63,664 bases of DNA, filler included, from Octopus bimaculoides (GCF_001194135.2; 6 parts of 6 records of this genome joined end to end with filler, not necessarily neighbours in it); one strand, 5' to 3'. Counted from the first letter of the whole stretch, positions 12,900 to 27,008 are shown. Notes: generated by a model from the sequence alone, not told the origin. A program made the numbers and translations.

Positions 12900-14983
12900 T
12901 ATTCAGATTAATCTTGTTACACTGAAGCCTTTCAATTGCAGAATTTCCCTTATGTACAACCAAATCCAAAAAGGCTACTGACATTTTAAGGAAGTCTAAC
13001 GAAATATGAATAAATGCAGCAGGTTATAGTAGCAGATTACTTCCTTTATGAGAAGGGAATTCAGTATGTGATTTTGGCAGAACAGAATCCCAATGACTGA
13101 ATGCGTTAAAAGAGAAGCTTTATAATGAAATGTTTGATTAGGTTTGAGAAGTGGCTATCACCACGCTACTATATATTATTGGACAAGCATTTTTGCTAAG
13201 TTTAACAGTTACATAAAAATATACAACAAATAACACATTGTTTATCTTTCCAGTTACTCTCAGCCTCAATCGGGAAACCAAATGCTTCGATAAAATAATA
13301 AATGAACAAAATCAAAAGTAGCTTTCAATGATTTACATCAAACAGCATGCGACTTTTATTTCCTAGTGTAAATAATAAAAGACTGCGCCAATTGAAAAAT
13401 CATTTTTCTATATGACTGTTGTATTTCCAATATGCCTTTGCAAAGCAATGCCTTCTGGAACAGCTTGCACGTATTCCTTTATGCAGAACTGTTCGAGTTT
13501 GTGTGCATGTAGCAGGTTTTAATAACTGAATGTAACGAGTGCCAACACGATATTTATAGTCTAACATCAATAAACATCTCTTTAATAACGACATTATTTC
13601 AAGATTACCTACAGCTATATTCTAGGTTTGCAGTAACATAAATACTGACTTTTAGCTCATAGTTTTAATCTTTGAGCATAAATATTAACGATAGATTAGC
13701 AAAAAACTAGCGAACCGTAACATTTTTGTTATCAATATTGAAGTCCTTTAGTATAATTTTGCTTGCAGCTATAAATGTTGTTAAATTAGATCTGGGCCTA
13801 ATCATTGCAGAAATAATATGGAACACTGACAACAATATCACAAGGGACGCATCCTTTATGCAATTTACTATCCGCAAGGATATTCGATATAAACGCAAGG
13901 GTAGGTTTATCGAAGTCGGTTTCGTTAACTTATACCTATTAATATCCAAAGATTTTCCCAATAATTTACACGATCTACCAGCACTATATAATTCTTACTT
14001 AGAGATATTTTCTCTATGATAAAACGACCCTGCTTTTAATAGATGACTAACATAGTCTAGGAATTCATATCCAACGGCTAAATACAATATGAGAACTGGG
14101 CATTCGTCAGAATAGACATTTGCTATTTTGTTGGAGTATACAAACAGAGACGGTTTCAGAATATAGTCTCCTATTTACTTTCAACTTTATAGGTACGATG
14201 TCCTAAACAATTCCAACTATGTTAATGATCAAGGTTAACTAGGATTAGAAAATACATTTCAGAGATGTCACTTACGAATTGGTTATTTTAAACATTTTAG
14301 GAACACCATTTAGAAGAACTTCTGTATTAATGCACGATCCTCTCTTCTCTATTATTTTTTTAATTCGTAAAGGAAGTAAAGAGACGAAGCATTAAACGAT
14401 AAGATGGTAATAATAATCCCTTCCACTATATTGAGATCAGTGAATAAACTCACCTTAATCCCTAGAAATACGCCTTTAATAGCAAGAGGCACAGAAATAT
14501 AATTACCTTTGTATCAATTTTCCAACTCCATAGTAAGTGTAATATAAATTGTTCGTTTGAGATTTTAAACGAAATAGATGAACACTTTCCACTCGAGTAC
14601 AAATATTAAATATCGTTTCAATAGGCACTGTTAAGATGAATTTCAGCGTTAACTCTACTGTAAAACATGACAAATAGGCACGAGTCAAATTCTAAGGCTG
14701 ATATTTATGTTGGAATAGTGCATCATGCCTGTGGAATTAGTCATGTGAAATCGATATATCCATAGATGCAAGGCTGAATGCCAACAAAGCGTTAGACGCT
14801 TTCACCGAAGACCCTATGAAGTGGAGATATCAGAACTGCAAGGCTTACTTTATAGATATTGTTAAAACGGAATGCTTCCCAAGTCGCTAGTTCATTGTGG
14901 CACTTAACACAACATCGGTAGGAAGATCAGCTAAACATTGCAACCATGCATAAACACTAGCAAAAGATGCAAGCTCCATATTG
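12900..14983 (-). pseudogene. Possible eroded ankyrin-repeat-like coding relic
   Basis: Minus frames give LAVGYEFLDYVSHLLKAGS, KKIIEKRGSCIN, KLLGKSLDIN, YFIEAFGFPIEAESN; 14171-13707 is one frame with a single internal stop. By-eye only. Confidence 0.35.
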
Positions 14984-16254
14984 CTGAAAAAATATAATTC
15001 TAAGAAACATACAATATTCCTAACTGAAGGGGTGAATACAGGAAAATATTTCTAATTTGATGCTGAATTCACACCCCATAGGAGCAATTTGACTATAAGG
15101 ATACTTTTGTGTTTACTTTCTAAATTGTAGCCTCGGAACCATTTTTCAAAATTTCTTATTTTCCCCTTAACGTTTCCAGAAATTTTGCATGTTTCGTCCA
15201 ATATTCTCCCCATATTTCTGTTTGTGTCTCTCTCCCTCACTCTCATGCTTTACCGCTGTGTACCCGGAATATGCTTAACGACGAAATCATACCGTTCATA
15301 ATTATGAAGGTCCAAATGTGTGTTTGGTGGGTTGGGTTAGCTTACTCGGTTGAGAAGTTTGTCAAATCGTGTGATTGTTGCCAGTGAGTTAGGCCAAATT
15401 TAGTAAAAGCAAATGATTCACGGTCTCGGAAGGGACCTGTGTAACTAGCAGTTACGAACATTCAACATATTTTCTTCAGAGTGAAACAAAACAAGGAATA
15501 ATTCCAAGAAGCGAAAAAGTATCAGGGTAGATAAAATGTAAATATGATAGCTGACTATTGATGGGACTTAAATGGAAATGGTCTACAGATTGTATACTCC
15601 AGGAAAAAGTATAAACGGGAACTTTTATTTTAATAACATCCACATAATTTTGTGAACAAAATGAATTTTCTTTGAAGTAAATAAATTTGTGCATACATTA
15701 AATTATATGATAATTTTGAAAACATTTTTTAAAATAAGCAGGATAAGGATATTCAAGTTATTACGTACGTTAGTACGGAATTGCTTTAACAACTACAGTA
15801 GTTTCAGGGCATATTTTGCTTGTTTTAGATGGGGCAAGTTTGGGGTGCAAATCAAGCATAAAACTCCTAAGGATTGTGTATGATACTTTCCTATCCTACT
15901 TTGATGACTCAAGTTACTGAAAAGAAAGATAGCGTTTATTAACTATTGCGTTACTCAACACGCTCTCTAATTTCACTAACAAGTACATATTTTAACTTCA
16001 TCTTGCGAAACTGCAACACTACAAATTTCTCCTTCAATGGAAACATACATTATGAAAGATTGACACAACAACCTAAATATGATGTACTTGATGAGGTAGA
16101 TGAATAATATATCGGTTCTGCTGAGAAGGTATCTACAAATCCAGTGCTCTCAGTAACTATTTTCGTTCTCATGCGTAATCTCACATATACAAAGCTTTAT
16201 CATATGAATACTTATGACATCGTAAAGATTAATAAACAACGCCGAAAAACAAAA

Positions 16255-16452
16255 AATTGTGTTACCTCATCAAAATGCTTAGTCGCATTTTCTCCGTCTT
16301 TACGTTCCCTATTCATGTACCTTCGAGGTCGATTTTGCATTTCATCATTTCGAAGACTATGAAATAAATACCAGATGAGCACTGGGGTCGATGTAATTGA
16401 TTAACCCGGCCGCTCAAAATTTCAGTTCTTGTGTCTGTAGTAGAAAGGATTA
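16255..16452 (+). mobile_element. SINE family B, diverged
   Basis: aaatgcttagtcgcattt...gaggtcgattttgcatttcatc...actggggtcgatgtaattga. Confidence 0.7.
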
Positions 16453-18838
16453 AATTTGGCCAGTCGCGAATAAAAATCATCAGACCTTGCAACGAATCTA
16501 ACAGAGATTACGTTGCCTGAATGAAAGAGTTAATCTTCAAAGTCTATTGTACTTTTGAAAAAGAAGACTCAACCGTTATGAAAATCTCGGTCTAAGTAAT
16601 TTTAACATTTAACATACAGTATAATCTCCTTTGTCATCGAAGAAAATTGGCATAATTATACTATGCATTTTAGAAATATCATTCGAAAATCTTGTAGAAT
16701 AACCGCAATTTTCAGGTATTTTCGCCTTTCTCGTGATAAACAAGCATCGAAACTGGCAGCTGACAACAAAAATTTTCCGCTGCATTAGTCAATTTCTGGC
16801 AGTGCTGATTGACTGCAAACCATATCAAATACAATCTAGCCACTGCATAATGTTTTGTTGGTTATCAATCCGATATGATAGCTCAACAACATAGCGTGTA
16901 CAGAATTGATTGTGTACACAGATTGCTAAATATCGATATCTCCTTATAGGTGTGGATACATTTTACAAAAAGTTCACTAGCCAATCCAAAAGATGTAGAG
17001 AAAAGCTACAAAAAGTATTTCAGTCTATCATAGTTCACTCTCTTGACAACTCTTCCAACATGTAGTCTCCCTCACCGGTTTGATTTCTCTGGCCTACTGA
17101 CATCGCTCTGCGAGAATCATTTTGTAAGTACGGGGACCCAACAGACTAATTAAATTCAGTTCTGAATAGATTACCATTATCATTTCATCGAGTCATCTTT
17201 CTTATAACTTTTCGCATCATTTGAACTCTTGAACGATTTCAAACCTGTCAGTGTAACACTTTCACAACTGATACTCAGTTCCGAAGGCGATACCATTATT
17301 CTCGTTTGCTTGCTTCATTAAACGATGATTCCTTTTAAGTATTGCTGTTCATAATGAAATCTTTTTTAATTGAAAATTTGTAAGCATCATTTAGTTTCTT
17401 GCCAGGATTTTAATACATTCATCTCTGTTGGATTTTTAAACATTTTTAAACACATTCTGTTTCTCGTCCATTCGGTAGATTTAGTATTGTTATTCGACTT
17501 TTTAACTGTTTAACTCATTACCTACAAGTGATCTCATATGAGATCACTTAAAAATTACAAATTTCGTAATTACGTGTCAATATTTACGCATATCTAACCT
17601 TTTTGCTATATCTACTAGCTATATTTCTCTGATATTCAAATGAGGTTTGATAATTTTTCACCCATTATCTCGCTTATTTCTATTTAAAATATTATTTTGA
17701 AATGTTATTTTGATCCTTCCAGCGGGTTTCTAAGGCTGTTTTATTATGTGAAATCAAAGTTTCATAAAAAAAAATTCCAGTTAATAGACTTATGGGAGGT
17801 AATGGCTTAAGTTTAACGTGTGCTTCATTCGTTAAAATGTATATTATTAATTAGGGCTTCTTTCTTGTTATTTTATCTGTAAAATGTCACTAGCCATTAT
17901 TTTTGCAGAATTTTGTTTCATATGGAAAATATAGTTATCACAAATGACAGCATATTTTAACTATTTCTTATTTTGGCATCTGTATTTATATACTGAATGT
18001 ATGAAATATTTCATGTCTTCACTGATTACTTTAAGACCCACTTCAAAAGGAAGGTGACCTTGCCGTACTGCTCCCAAGTGAATTTGTTGCGAAGTTGATA
18101 TTTCAGGAATGCCCTTCAAAATCAAGTTACGCTAAACATGCATCTGTAGACTGTATAATATATCTACGAAAATCTTGTTTTTACATTGACATGAGGTTAA
18201 ACTTAGTTGTGTGATTGTTGTTGAAGGTCTTTTGCATATCTTTTTATTGTCTCCTTTCAAGACATATATGTTTGCATGGTTATTTAACATCCTAATTTTC
18301 CATACTTTTATCGAAGCTCACATGGTTTTGCAGTTATTTTAATATCAACTACACTGTCACCCTTGTGGCAAAAATACGTAAGATATTTTTGATTATAATA
18401 TATAACAAGGAAACGTTTGGCTTTTTTAATACAACAATTGAAATGGAATGTAGTTGTGTCACGATGGAAAACAAAATTTATCAATAATGATCTTTAACGA
18501 TACGTTTTATAGCTTACCTCTGGTTTTTTTCTTGCTCTTTTTCGAAAATTCGTTACGTATTTGCTTTCCTCTTTCAATCAACATAAATGAGGTTTTGATG
18601 TTATTGATCATACATTAGGCCTACATTGATTTCTTGAACAGTCAATAAAAGCGGAATCCGTAAAAATAGCGTCTTTAAATGTGAACGGTAATATTTTTTT
18701 GTAGAGACTGATGCAAATTTGGCCATTATGTATTCAGCTACAAATTTAAGGATAAAGGCGTTTCTTATAAATGAATGTCTTTGTTATATACACATGAAAT
18801 ATACACACGAGTAGGAGGATGAATACATTTATGCAGGC

Positions 18839-18944
<106 letters not shown>

Positions 18945-19619
18945 GTGTGTATGTGTGTATACATACACAGTGATACTACTTACCTTGAGAAACAATGAAT
19001 GTTATTAGAAACCAAGTTATTTTGTAGAAAATTGTATGTGTTCCAGACGTTAACATTATCTGTTGGCCAGTTTAGAAGACAGGGCATGTGTATTCATCCA
19101 AAGTACAAACACACTTTAGAAAAAATGTAACATCTTTAATATNNNNNNNNNNNNNNNNNNNNNNNNNNNNNNNNNNNNNNNNNNNNNNNNNNNNNNNNNN
19201 NNNNNNNNNNNNNNNNNNNNNNNNNNNNNNNNNNNNNNNNNNTCATCCAAAGTACAAACACACTTTAGAAAAAATGTAACATCTTTAATATTTGAAGTTT
19301 TTACACATGAAGTAATTATTATGTTAGATTTGTTGCAACAATTTAATGAATTCGATGAAAATTTCCCCCCATAAATCTATATACGAAATATGTTTCGACT
19401 AATAATTCTGTGCCTAATGATGACGCAGCTAAATCAATACAGGACATGGAAGATCTTAATTTTATGACGTTTTACTGCAATATCAGTAATGAGTGCTTTA
19501 TAAAATTATGTGCGCGAACCCACGATTGTCATTAGTTACTACAGTGTCCCTTGTCCAATCCGATATTGAGATCCTCCTCTTTTTACATGTATTATAAACC
19601 CCGCTTTTCTAGTTCTAAA

Positions 19620-19990
19620 ATACGCATGCTTCTCTTTTCTTTTCAATAGACGTTCATTCCCCTTGACACTACAATGTACATTTCCTTGTCCCAGGCGAGA
19701 CGACGTTTCCCCATTCCTTCAGTCATAAAAGGTCTTAAACTTTCTACTAACTTCCTTTGGGTGATCTTTTGTCCCAGTCCTACATTGTGAGGATCGTTTC
19801 CTTAAACCTAAAATGTATCCTGTCTTCTCAAAGCCTCTACATATGTTCCCGGTTCTCCGAGCATTAAAATTATCTCCCTGCAATAAAAGTGTCCTCCTTA
19901 CTCAGATAGCATACCATTGAGTTGCATTCGAAAAGTATTTGCCGCCAGATCCTAGCCAGTATGTTGCCATCAAGAGTAACTGGTGCATGA
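19620..19990 (-). mobile_element. Very old APE-type LINE remnant
   Basis: QLNGMLSE...DTFIAG.(D)FNARRTGN...GFE...LG resembles the endonuclease GDFNA region; heavily disrupted. Confidence 0.3.
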
Positions 19991-21672
19991 AACTTACGCA
20001 ATGGGAACATTCTTATAAATTTATTAAATTCATTGTTTATTTCACTAATTGAGGTAGACGAATTTCTCAGTCAGTTCTCTGCGGGATTATGTTCATGAAC
20101 TCTGCTGAACTTGCTTATATAGTTTTATATGTATTATTACAGATGCTCAAAATTAGACATATTTACCTATCCTTTTATTTCAATACGAATTTCGACGCAT
20201 ATTTCATGTATTTAACCCTATTTTACTTTGTAACTATTGTTACTCACTCGTATGGTGTTCTCTTTTCTTCTTCTTACTCTTGGTGCGCACAGAAAGAGGT
20301 GCTACAAGCATGCTGGTAGAGTACTTGCTCAAACACCGTCTGTTGTGTATCTTTTGTAAGACAAGTTTTTGAATTTACATCCACGGCAGAATACGTAAAT
20401 ACGTAAATCATACCTGTAAATCCATCATTACCAAATATGTACCTGACAATTTTAGTGGGTCGTTTATAGAAAGACAAATTCATTTAAACGCCTACAACAA
20501 GTGATGTATCCAGTTATAAAACTCTAACCACAAATATCTTACACAAGACCTACATACTCGTTGTTCATACAATGGATTTATATACCATAACATGTTCATA
20601 AAACAAAAGCACCATGTATCATATCTAAGCAGAAACTCATAAAATGTATATGTAAGGCGCACAAACAATGAAATGACAAAGTCGTCATCATGTAACTACA
20701 ACGTAGCAAGTCACATCACTTCTATCAAACAACTTTTGTGTTGTGCAATTTTTAATTTAAGCCATAATCGTGCGAAATGAAAATGAAAGAAATGTGATAC
20801 ATTCTCGTGAGTTGTTCATGCATCTACAACAAGGAGACCTCATAAGATATTAGTTCATAGAATTGAAATTTCATAAGGACTTCCTCAATCAATTTTTAAA
20901 GTAACAATAGATTTAATAATAGCAAAATATAACATAAAAACTATAAATTCGAAAAATAAGTATGATAATTCCTACGTTGGAGATTTCATTCATTATAATA
21001 CCTATCCTCCAATTCTTTAGAAAATGCGCGAGCAACACAAAATAATTATTATCGTGCATTTATTCGGAAGACGAGGCAGGATGTGCTTTAAAAAGTTAAT
21101 GCATTGATGGCTATAAATATAAAAATCATTTATATATAACATTAAACGAGAACATAGATGTGTTTTGCATTTCACATGTTTTTCCAAAAAATCTGTTCAT
21201 TATTCACACACTCATACCCAAACATATATATTTACATATCTGAGTGTGTGTTTAAATTAAATGGTCCATTCTAACAATGAACAACGAACAAAGACGTTAT
21301 TGCTCATAGATAATAAAATTTATTTGTTTAATCCTGGATTTCTTATGGTAACTCGAGCTTATCAAGCCATTGCAAACTTCAAACAACAACGGATTCATTT
21401 TTCTGATAGAGCTAATTTAATATAAATGGCAGTGTGCTTACTTCTTTTGCATAAGGCTATTCTTCTCCTTGAATGTGTTTCCAACGCTGATTCAACATGA
21501 TCTTTTTTCTCAATAACGACGGATGCAGGCATTTGAATGCGGCTATCGCTTTATTTATGGTATTCAGTGTTCTTTGTCAAAACGACATTCTTGGGAGATG
21601 GTCTTTCTTTTTTACTTCATTTCCTTTGTTAATTCATTGCTTAAATTTTTTAAAATAATTTTTGTTATTGTT

Positions 21673-22032
21673 GAAGGCAGCGAACTGAAAATGTCGTTAG
21701 CCTGAGGGCAAAATGCTTGGCGGCATATTGTCTGTCGTCTCATTCTGAGTTCAACTTCTGCGGGAGTCGGCTTAGCCATTCACCATTCGGGATCGATAAA
21801 ATAAGTGCCAGTAAATCTCGTGGTGCGATGCAATCGACTCCGCCCCTCCGAAATTGCTGGCCTTGTGCCAAAATGTGAAATCAATATTTGCCATTATTAA
21901 GACAGCGAGCTGCAACACAGTTAATATACTGGACAAGATGCCTGGAGGCATCCCGTCCGTCATTACGTTTTCAGATCACATTCTACTGAGGTCGACTTAT
22001 CCTTTTATCTTTTTGAGGTAGATAAAAGTAAA
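21673..22032 (+). mobile_element. Two diverged SINE family B units in tandem
   Basis: Head-core-tail at 21673-21895 followed directly by a second head and core. Confidence 0.7.
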
Positions 22033-22535
22033 ATATTAGATATATAGATAGCAATGCAAAACAGCTACAGAGCACATTGATGAAATAATTACAAATCACC
22101 TCAGACATTAAACTTTAAGATACAACCGTACAAATTTGCACATGCTCCATTGTACGTGTACGTATACACCTACCCAGTTCTTAAAATCAAACTTTCCTCA
22201 TATGTTTCCTAAGCTATCAATATACATATATGAATATATATATATATATATATANNNNNNNNNNNNNNNNNNNNNNNNNNNNNNNNNNNNNNNNNNNNNN
22301 NNNNNNNNNNNNNNNNNNNNNNNNNNNNNNNNNNNNNNNNNNNNNNNNNNNNNNNNNNNNNNNNNNNNNNNNNNNNNNNNNNNNNNNNNNNNNNNNNNNN
22401 NNNNNNNNNNNNNNNNNNNNNNNNNNNNNNNNNNNNNNNNNNNNNNNNNNNNNNNNNNNNNNNNNNNNNNNNNNNNNNNNNNNNNNNNNNNNNNNNNNNN
22501 NNNNNNNNNNNNNNNNNNNNNNNNNNNNNNNNNNN

Positions 22536-22608
<73 letters not shown>

Positions 22609-23499
22609 TGCGTGCGTGTGTGTAAATGTCTTTCTTCATCCAACTTTATTTTGCTGTAATATGTCACTTGATATTCATGCAGACGCTTCCTCTTGCTAGT
22701 CTGTTATTTTGAATCCTAATATATTTTTTAGTGTTCGACTGTTAGTTTTTAATCACAGAACTCTTTTCTTCGCCATCGTTCTCATAATTTTGTACTGCCT
22801 CAGCTCTTGTTTTTGTCTCTTTCTTTGAAAACCAGAAACATATTTTTACTTCTTATGCACTTTTGTGTATAGTTTCTATTTTATAAGTTACTAAACATTT
22901 AAGATATCATGTAACAACATTCTACGATATCATTATAGTTGCACTACCTTTACATATTCTTTGTCGATACAGTTTTTCACTACCCCCAAGTAAGTACAAT
23001 CTATAAATACCTTCACATATATACAATCTTTCTTTTAAGCATTTTAATGGCATATCCTAAATACTGTCATTGTTTTCCTGTCTAGTTCTAATAATTCGTT
23101 TACTTCCTGCTCACAATATAAAGTATAACCTATAACTGAAACAGCTGCAACCGTTGTTCTCGACGTTACAGACATCCTTCTCGTGATTATGCATTCACAT
23201 TTCCGAAGGCTGTTGTAATCGCTCCTCTTGTTGTTTGACTGTAAATCAACGTCTATGGAACATACAAATTGTCAAATGCATATAATCCGTGACCATAAAA
23301 TCTTTTTCCAGTTATATCTAGGACTAAAGCATTGAATACGTCTTTTCGTGATGATTCATTGTGGTTTGTAGGAGAGTTCGTAGTTATTTCATTTTCATTN
23401 NNNNNNNNNNNNNNNNNNNNNNNNNNNNNNNNNNNNNNNNNNNTTAATTAATTAANNNNNNNNNNNNNNNNNNNNNNNNNNNNNNNNNNNNNNNNNNNN

Positions 23500-23835
23500 C
23501 TGGTTTTGCAGTTCGTTTGTGGGCTAAATCTACATACGATACAGTTCCTATCAGTGCAGGGGGGGTCTACTGAAAGGGTATGTTCTACTGATAAGGGATT
23601 TAATAGGGTTGCCTGGCCTTTCAACAACCTTAATTCTTAGCTTAAGTTTGTCTAGGGCCCTTCTAAAGCGGTACGCCAGTTCGCCTCTAGCGGTGGTGTC
23701 GACGAACATGACGCTTTGGTACTTGTGGCTATCATACCATGAGCTTGCCTTCCCTATTTTCTTCTTAGTCCTTTCTATGGTGTTCCATGATTTGCTCCTA
23801 TAGAGTGGGCAAATCCCATACTTATCGTTGCGTTT
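23500..23835 (-). mobile_element. Penelope-like element fragment (post-RT region and Cys-rich linker), nearly intact frame
   Basis: GICPLYRSKSW...KKK...SWY...SVMFVDTTARGELA...LRIKVVERPGNPIKSLI...PP/CTDRNCIVC...NCK, with one frameshift in a G7 run. Missed by the ORF track. Confidence 0.72.
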
Positions 23836-25460
23836 GATTGTTTCTGCAAAACCAGAAATGTGGTCTATAGTATAAGATGCTATACCAAGAGTTTTTAGAG
23901 GACATCACAAATCATAAAGACAGTACAAAACGCAACAAACATAAAATCAGGGAACTAAAAATTACAAAAGCGAATGATAACAGTAGAAAAAATTAAAATA
24001 AAATGATAATATGCAAGAATGAAAAAAATGAGGCACAATGTCCACTCGACCCCCGACAGAAGAAATACCGTCAAGCATTTCGCCAGGTGTGCTAATGTTT
24101 CTGCCAGCTCAACTCCTTGTGAAAGGTATAGGTATCATATGAATGTATGTGCGCGTGGCGGTGTTTTTTGATTTGATTTGATTTGATCTAGTTTCAGCTC
24201 ATGAGCTGTGGCCACGCTGGGGCACCGCCATTTGGTGTTACTACATAATTTTACTTCACTAATTCTTTTTAGAAATTGATATTTGATGCATGGAGATGTA
24301 TGTGTACATTTCTGACTCGTGTGCATGTATGAATATACGTACCTATCTACCTACCCCCTTTCACTCTCTCCTTCTTTTTCTCTCTCTCTTTCTCTTTTTC
24401 TCTCTCTCTTTCTCTTTTTCTCTCTTTCTCTTTCTCTTTCTCTCTCTCTCTCTCTTTTTCTTTCTCATATATAGATATATATATATATATATATNNNNNN
24501 NNNNNNNNNNNNNNNNNNNNNNNNNNNNNNNNNNNNNNNNNNNNNNNNNNNNNNNNNNNNNNNNNNNNNNNNNNNNNNNNNNNNNNNNNNNNNNNNNNNN
24601 NNNNNNNNNNNNNNNNNNNNNNNNNNNNNNNNNNNNNNNNNNNNNNNNNNNNNNNNNNNNNNNNNNNNNNNNNNNNNNNNNNNNNNNNNNNNNNNNNNNN
24701 NNNNNNNNNNNNNNNNNNNNNNNNNNNNNNNNNNNNNNNNNNNNNNNNNNNNNNNNNNNNNNNNNNNNNNNNNNNNNNNNNNNNNNNNNNNNNNNNNNNN
24801 NNNNNNNNNNTATATATATATATATATATGAATATATACATATGAATGTATGTAGTCTGTACGTACATATATACATTTCTTTGTCTCTCTTCCTCTCTCT
24901 TTCTTTCACTATATATATCTCTCTCTCTTTCTCTCTGTATCTCTTTCTTTCTCTTTATTATATATCAATCAGGCTTTGCATTTTTGCTTCATATTTTGTT
25001 CCATACCTCTCGGTATTGTGTTTTGCTAGTTTTCCAAATTTCTTTTTTTCCCCATCTGTCTCTCTATAGCCTATTGCCCATATATATATCTCCAAAAAAA
25101 CATTATTGCAAACGTGAGTAAAATAATAAAGCTGAAAACTCATAGCCAACTAAAAGACAGCTGTAAGAGCGGTGTAGTTTTTCTTTTCTTTTCAGTCATC
25201 TTCCTCATATTCTTAAATCAATTTCATCATCATAATCATCATCTTCATCATCATCATCCTGTAATTATTTTTTTGTGTTATTGCTGTCATCGTTGCAGTT
25301 GTTTCACACAGGTTTGTTAAATGATGTCTTGTGGTTGCTAAATAAGTCCGACTCCATATGGACCCCGGTGGAGAACTACTGCTAGCACGATAGTGATTCG
25401 AACAATCAAACTGTTGAAAGTGATGAGGAAAGTAGCGATTCCGGTGAACAAATACAGTAA

Positions 25461-25536
25461 TTATTTTCTACTCTAAACACAAGGCCCGAAATTTGGGGGG
25501 AGGGGGAATCGGTTAGATCGACCCCGGTACGCAACG

Positions 25537-25598
<62 letters not shown>

Positions 25599-26327
25599 TA
25601 CATCGAAAAATACTTTCGGAATGAAAACCCAGATTCGAAATCTCCCCAAAATACTTGGAGCCTGGAGGGTATATCAGTTGAAATGTTGTGTTAACAACAA
25701 ACAAGATGAGGACAATTATCCGCCAAATGTAAATATTGTAAATAATCTAAATAATTCCTCATCTCTTAAATATAGAATTGGTACTTAATTCATCGACCCC
25801 GAAAGGATGCAAAACAAAGTCGACCTCGGCAGAATTTGAACTCAGAACGTAAAGACATACGAAATACTGCTAAGCATTTCCCCCGGCATGCTTACGTTTC
25901 TTTTCCACTCTCGGCACAAGGCCCGAAATTTTGGGGGAGGGGACCAGTCGATTAGATCAACGCCTGTACGCAACTGGTACTTAATTTATCGACCCCGAAA
26001 GGATGAAAGGCAAAGTCGACCTCGACGGAATTTGAACTCAGAACGTAAAGACAGACGAACTACCGCTAAGCATTTCACCCGGTGTGCTAACGTTTCTTAT
26101 TTCTTTATTGTCCACAAGGAGCTAAACATAGAGGGGACAAACAAAGACAGACAAAGGGATTAAGTCGATTACATCGACCCCAGTGCGTAACTGGTACTTA
26201 ATTTATCGACCCTGAAAGGATGAAAGGCAAAGTCGACCTCGGCGGAATTTGAACTCAGAACGTAACCCCAGACGAAATACGCTAAGCATTTCGCCCAGCG
26301 TGCTAACGTTTCGGCCAGCTCGCCGCC
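25461..26327 (-). mobile_element. Head-to-tail trimer of SINE family B, leftmost unit interrupted by a 243-bp insert
   Basis: Three copies of the gtcgacc...gaatttgaactcagaacg core; junctions at 25900/25901 and 26096/26097; insert at 25536-25778. Confidence 0.9.
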
Positions 26328-26811
26328 TTGGTCAAATACAGTAATTGAGAGAAAGGCCTATTATCATTATTCTTCTGAATTGTATTTTTTTTTCTGTCCA
26401 TTAGTTTGATTACAATCGTTATTATTGAGCTGTATATGTAACTATTTCGTTTTTTACTCATGAGCTCAGCTGGAGGGTAAAGTTAGACACAGGGTCCCAG
26501 GTCCGAGTCGGTAACTATGTCACACTGGGTGACCCGTTCAGGCGACTCTCTTGTAATCTTTCTTCTCGCCCTAATAACCTAGAAACTGAGCCTAGCTGAA
26601 GCTTTATGAAGATTAGAATGTGTACAACATACATGTGTATGTCATTGTGTACATGTACGTACATGAATGCACATATACATACGTGTGTATGTTTACATCG
26701 ACGCCAGTATTTGACTGGTATTTATTTTATCTATCTCGAAGGAAGAATTCTCACAAGTAAAGAAATTATATCCACCCGGTGTGCAAACGATTCTACCAGC
26801 TCACCGCCTGA

Positions 26812-27008
26812 GATTTTGAAATATTACTTTCAAATTTTGGCACAAGGCCAGCAATTTGGGGGTTAAATCGATTACATTTACCCCAGTGCTCAACTGGTAC
26901 TTATTTGATCGACTCCGAAAGGATCAAAGGCAAAGACGACTTCGGCTGAATTTGAACTCAGAATGACGGATGAAATTTGCTAAGTATTTTCTACCAGTTC
27001 GCCACCTT
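26812..27008 (-). mobile_element. SINE family B
   Basis: ggcacaaggcc...atcgattacatttaccccagtgc...gaatttgaactcagaatg...ccagttcgccacc. Confidence 0.8.

Noticed and set aside
13420-13850. HSP70-like snippets (DIVVSVPYYF; QAVPEGIALQ) on minus
   Set aside because: Their spacing is much shorter than in HSP70 and the other HSP70 signatures are absent.
15990-16105. ITAM-like YERL-x5-YDVL before a stop
   Set aside because: Short, spacing off consensus, no convincing acceptor, and no upstream receptor exons.
19094-19291. 49-bp direct repeat on both sides of a 100-N gap
   Set aside because: Identical and gap-flanking; likely an assembly overlap.
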